From positions 1-41,170 of IMG/VR virus record IMGVR_UViG_3300033077_000409: a DNA stretch of 41,170 bases; one strand, 5' to 3'. The notes under the pieces were generated by a model. That model was not told the DNA's origin and searched no databases. It saw only the letters and a list, made by a program, of their open reading frames with translations. This DNA comes from a virus. Its lineage: Duplodnaviria > Caudoviricetes. Both the position numbers and the translations under genes were made by a program. How positions within the stretch are numbered: the stretch's first letter is position 1; each line of letters opens with the position of its first letter. This document shows, piece by piece, positions 35,667 to 41,170 of the stretch.

Positions 35667-35890
35667 AGCAATACGTACTGGAGATTGAATATACGTTAGT
35701 GGTTGAGAATATGGCAGATGATCCTGGCGAAGTCAGTGATGATTTTATTGCACGCTTAACAGAATTAGCAGTATCGAATGACCACATCCTTGGCCTATCG
35801 GTTGAGGTTCTACCAATCCCGGAGCTGCGTGGATCATCAAATCGACGAGACGCAACTGATCCCGAAACGGAGTGCGAAGAATCAGTTTAG
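35663..35890 (+). CDS. Hypothetical acidic protein
   Basis: ATGA-coupled to the peptidase; MKQYVLEIEY... Confidence 0.55.
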   Translation: MKQYVLEIEYTLVVENMADDPGEVSDDFIARLTELAVSNDHILGLSVEVLPIPELRGSSNRRDATDPETECEESV

Positions 35891-36155
35891 GCAGGAAATC
35901 TTTCAGGCATGGTGCTATACCTGCGCCTATTGCGGTAATTCCGCTGATACGTTAGATCATGTTAGGCCGCGCCATAAAGGCGGCACAACAACTACATCAA
36001 ACCTAGTGCCAGCTTGCCAACGCTGCAACCGCGGCAAAGGTAGTACGCATTGGCTGGAATGGTATGTGTTGCAGCAATTCCATGCGCCTGATCGTGAGCG
36101 GACAATCAACCGATGGATCACACGCCAGCCCGAAGCATCAAGCGTAAGCGATTGA
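35829..36155 (+). CDS. HNH endonuclease
   Basis: CAYCG...TLDHV.P..KGG....NLVPAC..CN..K. Confidence 0.85.
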   Translation: MDHQIDETQLIPKRSAKNQFRQEIFQAWCYTCAYCGNSADTLDHVRPRHKGGTTTTSNLVPACQRCNRGKGSTHWLEWYVLQQFHAPDRERTINRWITRQPEASSVSD

Positions 36156-36972
36156 TGCCATTGCGGTGCATTGTTTGTAGTTTGGTAATGCTGTGGCCAG
36201 TTTCCTCGCATAATTCACGCCATGATGCTGGCCTATCAATCAACCGGCGTTCAATTATAACCTTGGTGGTTTCATCAATGTATTTACCATAGATCTCCAA
36301 CATCTTTTCAATTTCAAAGTCGTTTTCTATTGCACCAAGCCCATCTAGTTGTTTTTCGTCTGCAATGATGTCAATAATTGTAGATTTATCTGAGTTTGTA
36401 ACTTGCGCGTCTAGGCTTGGTGTTGCCTGATTGCGCTGGATTGCAGTGAGCATTTCATCCAATGTAATTCCTAGCTCAGTTGCTACTTCATCTGATGTCG
36501 CTGGCCGTCCCAGTTCTTCCGTTAGCCTATCATGTACCTTTGTAATCTTAATTATGCGTTCATGCAATGATGACGGCATACGAATCATGTTATCATTATT
36601 TGCGATTGCCCTATGGATTGATTGCTTGATCCACCAATACGCATAGGTGGTAAAGCGATAGCCACGGCTTGAATCAAACATATCAACCGCACGCGCTAGA
36701 CCGATATTGCCTTCTTGTATGAGATCTAACAGCGTCATCGCTTTACGTTGCCTACCATCATATTTTTTTGCAATGTTGACAACTAGCCTAAGGTTTGATT
36801 GAATAAACTTATCCCGAGCGCGTTTGCCTTGCTTACGTTCGCGATCAGTGCAATCAGCCTCACCCATGCGTAATATCTGCCGCGCAAGTTGGATTTCCTG
36901 TTCTGGCGTCAGCAGTGGATACCGCGCGATTTCGCGTAGGTATTCTTTAACTGATGAATCATTGTGGGCCAT
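36118..36972 (-). CDS. Sigma70-family (RpoD/group 2-like) RNA polymerase sigma factor
   Basis: YL.EI.RYPLLT.EQEI.LA, NLRLVV.IAKKY, DLIQEGNIGL.RAV..FD..RGYRFTTYAYWWIKQ, IR.P, SLD. Confidence 0.92.
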   Translation of the reverse strand: MAHNDSSVKEYLREIARYPLLTPEQEIQLARQILRMGEADCTDRERKQGKRARDKFIQSNLRLVVNIAKKYDGRQRKAMTLLDLIQEGNIGLARAVDMFDSSRGYRFTTYAYWWIKQSIHRAIANNDNMIRMPSSLHERIIKITKVHDRLTEELGRPATSDEVATELGITLDEMLTAIQRNQATPSLDAQVTNSDKSTIIDIIADEKQLDGLGAIENDFEIEKMLEIYGKYIDETTKVIIERRLIDRPASWRELCEETGHSITKLQTMHRNGINRLRLMLRAGV

Positions 36973-37477
36973 AGCTGGCAGTTGGTGCTAAGTGGCCGTT
37001 GTAATGGCCAACAACTGCATAGCTGATTGCAGGGATGGCACTCATCTTGAAGAATACCATTTGGCCGATCTTAAGGCCAGGCCATATTGGCAGCCGTTGC
37101 AGTTGGCGACTGTTTTTTAGCTCAAGCGTTAGCGTGCTGCCGTGCCATCCTGGATCGGCATAACCAGCGTGTAAGTTTTCGTACCCTTCACGGGCACGGC
37201 TTGACTTAAGGAAAAACAAGCCGGCGATGTCTTCAGGCATGTTGAATGATTCCATCGTATCAGCAAGGATGAATTGCCCTGGTACAAGTTCATAGGGTTG
37301 ATCCTTGGTGCTTTTACTGATGTCAACTGGTATCATATCGCGGCTTGCTGCCGATTCGATCATGATGATATTGCCAAGTCTTAAGTCAAGACTGGCAGGA
37401 TTGATGAGTTCTGGTAGATGGTTTTCAACCATGCCATGCTCGATTAGTTGCGCGATCTGGAAGTCTGAAAGGATCAT
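36959..37477 (-). CDS. dcd: dCTP deaminase
   Basis: MILSD, NPASLDLRLG, KSSRAR.G, AG..DPGW.G..TLEL, IGQM.F. Confidence 0.88.
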   Translation of the reverse strand: MILSDFQIAQLIEHGMVENHLPELINPASLDLRLGNIIMIESAASRDMIPVDISKSTKDQPYELVPGQFILADTMESFNMPEDIAGLFFLKSSRAREGYENLHAGYADPGWHGSTLTLELKNSRQLQRLPIWPGLKIGQMVFFKMSAIPAISYAVVGHYNGHLAPTASYGPQ

Positions 37478-37695
37478 GGTTTGTCAAAGAGACGGTTTAC
37501 ATACCAGCGGGCCTTAGCAAGTGATTCCCTGCCGCCCTTATGATTCATGCGCCAGAGGTATTTGATTGCATTGCCTTTACAGAATCCGGCAAATTCCTCC
37601 GGCGTTAATGCGGCTTCGATTGCAGTGATGCATTCTACAGCGCCTGCATTGTAATGGTCTGGGTGGTTTACTGTTTCAGGCATGACTGAAGACAT
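37474..37695 (-). CDS. DUF3310 (T7 gp1.7/SaV-like) protein
   Basis: VNHPDHY..G.VECI.AI, F.KGNAIKYLWR...K...ESL.KA.WY; start 37695 or 37683. Confidence 0.8.
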   Translation of the reverse strand: MSSVMPETVNHPDHYNAGAVECITAIEAALTPEEFAGFCKGNAIKYLWRMNHKGGRESLAKARWYVNRLFDKP

Positions 37696-38053
37696 TGCAT
37701 TTGGATGCTTCTTGGTAGTTACTGGTAAGGCATTCGGGAAACCCAATGCCGCAGCGGCCATCATCAGTGATGTGGATGCACTGGCGGCATGATTGACCAG
37801 CGGCTTGCAATGCGTTGGCCTTTTCTTGCTCGTATGCCTCTGTACCACGCCTAGCACCGCCGCCAAGATGGATTGGCCGTGGCAGATAACGCAGGTCTTG
37901 ATCGGTGCTGGAATGAGTCCTCCAGCGGCATAACCGGCTAACGCATGGAACAGAGACACCATGCACCCGAGCAAGCTCTATACATGACTCGCCATCCATA
38001 AAATGCGCAAGCCTTATCTGGCGCACTGTTGCGCTATCGAGTGGGTCAGCCAT
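37676..38053 (-). CDS. HTH protein with C-terminal Cys cluster
   Basis: VRQIR...ELARVHGVS...VSR.....T HTH pattern; C..C.H....C....C....C tail. Confidence 0.6.
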   Translation of the reverse strand: MADPLDSATVRQIRLAHFMDGESCIELARVHGVSVPCVSRLCRWRTHSSTDQDLRYLPRPIHLGGGARRGTEAYEQEKANALQAAGQSCRQCIHITDDGRCGIGFPECLTSNYQEASKCNVFSHA

Positions 38054-38303
38054 GCCCCCACCTCTCAAGCGCGGCGCGGACCAAATCAATCTGGCCTAGC
38101 CCTGCTTTTTCGATCTCGTCTGATAGCTTAATGATCTCCATGACGGTCGGCGGCTTCGGCGGCGGGGCGGCCAGGGCGGCGCGGGCGCGAGCAATCAGTT
38201 TGTACACTCTAGGACTGCAGCATTCGTCGGCGTGATAGTTCAGCTCATCAACAAGCTCCTGCGCCAAGGCGCGGAAGTCGGGGGAGTCGGGGGTGGTGGT
38301 CAT
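38046..38303 (-). CDS. Hypothetical protein
   Basis: DFRAL..ELV, ARARAALA, RAALERWG; overlaps neighbours in operon fashion. Confidence 0.6.
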   Translation of the reverse strand: MTTTPDSPDFRALAQELVDELNYHADECCSPRVYKLIARARAALAAPPPKPPTVMEIIKLSDEIEKAGLGQIDLVRAALERWGHG

Positions 38304-38491
38304 GATGTTACCTCGGGAAAGGGCTTGATAATGCAATCAGGAAGCCAAAACCAGTCGCGGCTGCCGTGAAAATCAATCTCAACATTTCGACCTTGAACGC
38401 TTAAGATGGTTCCGTGGTCAGTAATACCCGAATAGCATCTTCGGACAGACACTTTATGTCCAATCAATTTTTTCACCTCTGATACTTTCAT
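38300..38491 (-). CDS. Hypothetical small beta-barrel-like protein
   Basis: 63 aa, AT-richer, ATGA-coupled. Confidence 0.55.
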   Translation of the reverse strand: MKVSEVKKLIGHKVSVRRCYSGITDHGTILSVQGRNVEIDFHGSRDWFWLPDCIIKPFPEVTS

Positions 38492-38496
38492 TTCTC

Positions 38497-38703
38497 TTAG
38501 TTCTCCAGTTCGGTGGCGATGGCGTGAAAATCACGATGAAGCTCCCACATTTCAACGCTCCACTTAACGTTGATTAGTTGATCCGCAGCGGCACGGAGGG
38601 CGGCGGCAAGCATCTCTTCGTGGCTCACCTCACGATTAAGCAAATCGGCGTGAGTGAAGTAAGCCTCCAGCACCGCCTGAGCAGCGGGTGATAAGTCAGT
38701 CAT
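38497..38703 (-). CDS. Hypothetical protein
   Basis: MTDLSPAAQAVL...LAAALRAAADQ...AIATELE. Confidence 0.6.
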   Translation of the reverse strand: MTDLSPAAQAVLEAYFTHADLLNREVSHEEMLAAALRAAADQLINVKWSVEMWELHRDFHAIATELEN

Positions 38704-39100
38704 TGAGTTGCTCCAGTGCGCGGCGGATGGTGTTGTAGGTGCGCTCCTTATCTTTGGGATCAGGTTCGCCGTAGATGTAGGTGTCCAATGCGTCATACGC
38801 TTGCTTTCTCAAGCTCGGTGGCTGAGGGCGGCGGGCAATGCGGAGACGGAGAATGTCTGCGTCGCAAAAGCCGCACCGAAACAGGTGCTGGCAACACGCC
38901 TCCAGCTCCTCATCCCTGGCCTTCTGCAACTCAGCCTCATTGGCTGCGCCGCGTTGGTCCCAGCCCCATTGGGCGGCAGCAGTGGCGAGGCTTTCCACGC
39001 TCTCACCAGTAAACTCGTCGTAAGTCAGACGACACTCAGGGCAAGCCTCGGTAACCCACTGCTGCACCAGCTCTGGTGGTGGTGTAATAGGGTGTTCCAT
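38696..39100 (-). CDS. Hypothetical protein
   Basis: HPITPPPELVQQW, AAQWG, DEELEACC, PSL..QA, TIRRALEQL. Confidence 0.65.
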   Translation of the reverse strand: MEHPITPPPELVQQWVTEACPECRLTYDEFTGESVESLATAAAQWGWDQRGAANEAELQKARDEELEACCQHLFRCGFCDADILRLRIARRPQPPSLRKQAYDALDTYIYGEPDPKDKERTYNTIRRALEQLND

Positions 39101-39414
39101 CAGTAAGAAATCCCCACTTTTGCTACCCCATCAAGCGGCACGCGTAAGCGATACGCAGCACCTGCTGACAGGTCGATTGAGTTGCAGTCGCAGCGGTCCG
39201 TGATTGGGACCACCAAGCTGCGACCTTTGTGGGTAACCGTCACCAGCGTTCCGCAACGGATCCATGGGTGGGCTGCGGACAAGCCCCAGTGGCGGTAGGT
39301 GCTGCCGCAATACGCCACACGACCGTCATACCAAGGGTGGTACACGGTGGCTGTGACGGTGCGTGCTTGGGCTGGTGCGGCGAGCAGGGCCAGCAGGATC
39401 AGGAGCTTCCTCAT
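39100..39414 (-). CDS. RlpA-like double-psi beta-barrel protein with signal peptide
   Basis: MRKLLILLALLAAPAQA signal; AT.Y...Y.GR, SAAH....GT.V.V, I.DR, IDLS..AA..L. Confidence 0.8.
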   Translation of the reverse strand: MRKLLILLALLAAPAQARTVTATVYHPWYDGRVAYCGSTYRHWGLSAAHPWIRCGTLVTVTHKGRSLVVPITDRCDCNSIDLSAGAAYRLRVPLDGVAKVGISY

Positions 39415-39674
39415 GCCCACTTCCCCAGCAGGTGACGACGGCATACTGCGATCGCCTGATGGGCTTGCCTTGGTGTCATTATTGACCCGGTGTCATCCAT
39501 CGCCTCGCACACGTCAATATGAAGCTGCTCGTAGTCGGCATCCCGGAAATTAGGGCCGATGTCGTTGCAGAACTCCTGCCACAGTCCGGTGTAGGTGCAG
39601 CATGTACGTCCGCTTTTGGCGTATAACGCTTCCATCATGGTGGCGCGTTGCTGGTCAAGTTGATGGGGTTTCAT
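39411..39674 (-). CDS. Hypothetical protein
   Basis: MEALY..SGR....YTGLW; ATGA-coupled. Confidence 0.6.
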   Translation of the reverse strand: MKPHQLDQQRATMMEALYAKSGRTCCTYTGLWQEFCNDIGPNFRDADYEQLHIDVCEAMDDTGSIMTPRQAHQAIAVCRRHLLGKWA

Positions 39675-39879
39675 GGATCGTGTAAGTACGGGTGAGCTTT
39701 GACCATTGAAGCGTGTAACCTTCGATTAGTGTTTCTGCTGTTTGCAGCGTATACCATCGATAATCACAATTTAAGCAATGACGGCGACGGATAAAATCGC
39801 CGTCTGGCGTTGGCTTGCGTAGTATTACGCGGTTAAATCGTCCTCCACATTTTGGACATTCTGGGCATCGCGCAAGCAT
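39655..39879 (-). CDS. NrdR N-terminal-like zinc ribbon protein
   Basis: CPKCG....VI........IRRRHC..C..RW.T pattern; no ATP cone. Confidence 0.65.
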   Translation of the reverse strand: MLARCPECPKCGGRFNRVILRKPTPDGDFIRRRHCLNCDYRWYTLQTAETLIEGYTLQWSKLTRTYTIHETPST

Positions 39880-39983
39880 AGGACGTATTTAGCGAATGCA
39901 GTATGCGTCATGATTGCATGAGCGCCTGGGTTGAATGGATAGGATTGCTTCCACCATTCAATAAATACCGTTTCAAGGTCCAT
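39825..39983 (-). CDS. Small hypothetical protein (52 aa)
   Basis: TGATG-coupled to ssb; MDLETVFIEWWKQSYP...HTAFA. Confidence 0.5.
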   Translation of the reverse strand: MDLETVFIEWWKQSYPFNPGAHAIMTHTAFAKYVLCLRDAQNVQNVEDDLTA

Positions 39984-40324
39984 CAGAATGCAGACTCCGA
40001 TGATGCAGGACGCGGCAGAAACTCAAACCGTGCAACCGATAGTGAATGCTTGCTGCGCTTGTCACCAGTTTCTCTGTCTGCCCATTCATTGCGGCGAACA
40101 TTACCAGTGACAAATAAGCTATCGCCTTTCTTGAGTTTGTCAAAAACAATCTCGGCGCTTTTACCCCAAATCTCTACATCAATAGCATTGTTGATGTAGT
40201 TGCCGTCTTTGTCTTTGCCTTCGTTAATACCGCCTGCAAAGTTAACCACAACATTGCCGCTGTCAAACGACTTTAGTTGTGGCTCGCTGATGATACGAAC
40301 AACACCGGATGCATAAAGGCTCAT
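39983..40324 (-). CDS. ssb: Single-stranded DNA-binding protein
   Basis: OB fold: WGK.AE, KG....VTG, W.D..TG.KRS; short tail ending in F. Confidence 0.88.
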   Translation of the reverse strand: MSLYASGVVRIISEPQLKSFDSGNVVVNFAGGINEGKDKDGNYINNAIDVEIWGKSAEIVFDKLKKGDSLFVTGNVRRNEWADRETGDKRSKHSLSVARFEFLPRPASSESAF

Positions 40325-40327
40325 GGT

Positions 40328-41101
40328 TTAATCCTGGAAAAGGTCTTCAGTTGCAGGCATGATGGCAGACTCGCGTTCAACCATCAGTGCCAGCAGTTGA
40401 TCGTGCTGGTCTTGGGTAATGTCACCCGCAGCCAGCCGAGCTGCCATCTTAGGCGGTATCGCCGCCAATGCTTCCAGCGTCTGCGCCTTTGCTATAGCGG
40501 CCTTGCCGGCGGTGAATGTGGCGCTGGTTGGCTTAGCCGCCGCAGCAGGCAGGGCGGCCTTAGGGGTGGCCACAGACGTCACTGTGACCTCTTCCGCCTG
40601 CTCCATTTCGTCGGTGGTGTAAACGCCGGAGAGATTGGCTGGAAAGGCCTTTCTGAGGGCAAGGGCCTCAGCACACTTTGCGATCATCGTGGCGCCCATC
40701 TTGGACCATAGGCCCTGACCGGCGTTGTAATCAGCAAACCGCGCCACACCAGAAAATGGATGAGCGCAACCCTTGCGGTAGATGATGACTTTTGCAGCAG
40801 CCGGCGGCTTAGCGACAAGCCATACATCCTGCCATTGGCCATCCTCGCCGCACCAATACGTCTCAGAACCATCAAGTTCACCGGTGCGTTCTGCAATGCT
40901 GCGCAAGCCGTCGATGCCGGCTTGAATGGTCATCTTGCCGCCACGCTTAATGGCGTAGATTTGCTTGCTAAATGGATCTAAGCCCGTGCGTTGGCAGGCG
41001 TAGGCGAATAGCTTCAGCTCATCACTGCTGCAACCGGGTGCAATTGTGTTGCTGATTAGTTGCGTTTGCTCTGGTGTCCAGGTGGTTAGTGCGGTGCTCA
41101 T
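40328..41101 (-). CDS. bet: Bet/RecT-family single-strand annealing recombinase
   Basis: C..TGLDPF.KQIY, IDGLR.IA.RTG, W.KM...M.AKCAEA.ALRKAFP..LSG.YT.DEM. Confidence 0.9.
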   Translation of the reverse strand: MSTALTTWTPEQTQLISNTIAPGCSSDELKLFAYACQRTGLDPFSKQIYAIKRGGKMTIQAGIDGLRSIAERTGELDGSETYWCGEDGQWQDVWLVAKPPAAAKVIIYRKGCAHPFSGVARFADYNAGQGLWSKMGATMIAKCAEALALRKAFPANLSGVYTTDEMEQAEEVTVTSVATPKAALPAAAAKPTSATFTAGKAAIAKAQTLEALAAIPPKMAARLAAGDITQDQHDQLLALMVERESAIMPATEDLFQD

Positions 41102-41170
41102 TAGAAGTCGTCAGGTGATAGTACGGTGTCGGTAGTGTTTAACGCCCAGCGCGGCAGGCTAAGCGTTTGG
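41101..41170 (-). CDS. RecE-like exonuclease, 3' end (continuation of 722..1)
   Basis: In frame across the junction: ...[30 protein letters not shown] stop; TAATG overlap with bet. Confidence 0.88.
   Translation of the reverse strand, partial: QTLSLPRWALNTTDTVLSPDDF

Larger units (their letters stand above)
1..41170. mobile_element. Complete circularly permuted tailed phage genome (siphovirus-like, probable cyanophage)
   Basis: Full set of packaging, head, non-contractile tail, lysis, replication and recombination genes; an ORF continues in frame across the window ends; cyAbrB and sigma70-like genes suggest a cyanobacterial host. Confidence 0.92.

Noticed and set aside
36959-37695. Modified-base genome pathway (Z-DNA, dU, 7-deazaguanine)
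   Set aside because: No PurZ, Que/FolE, DpdA, thymidylate synthase homolog or dedicated polymerase is present.
1-41170. HIP1 (GCGATCGC) enrichment
   Set aside because: Only three full octamers noticed by eye (4131, 15723, 39448); CGATCG looks common but needs a Markov-corrected count.

Overview
The window appears to be a complete, circularly permuted ~41.2 kb siphovirus genome with a lambda-like tail tip. The minus-strand RecE-like exonuclease ORF reads in frame across the 1/41170 junction. A cyAbrB-type regulator, a cyanobacterial-type sigma70-family factor and the small membrane genes point to a picocyanobacterial host (Synechococcus/Cyanobium; inference). The genome has four blocks. (i) A leftward early operon starts at a TTGACA/TAGGAT promoter near 1500 and runs through the junction: small ORFs, RecE-like exonuclease, Bet, SSB, NrdR-like zinc ribbon, RlpA-like protein, DUF3310, dCTP deaminase, sigma factor. 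(ii) A leftward DNA-modification block (1511-6639) holds a helicase-methyltransferase fusion, HNH, SF2 helicase, Dcm-like MTase and VRR-NUC. (iii) A rightward replication block holds RHH, primase-helicase, an iteron-like origin, a second RHH, a beta clamp and cyAbrB. (iv) Rightward late genes encode terminase, portal, head, two paralogous tail tube genes, a frameshifted tail chaperone, tape measure, M/L/K/I/J, fibres and a C39 lysis cassette. I saw no integrase, DNA polymerase, tRNA, CRISPR array or reverse transcriptase. The most notable unexplained signals are four C(UGC)G triloop hairpins at the scaffold and capsid starts, a set of -10-only late promoters paired with a sigma factor with degenerate region 4.2, an H-type pseudoknot in the early leader, clamp-binding-like motifs on both methyltransferases, and duplicated tail tube genes. 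All family assignments are by eye from motifs; no searches were run.
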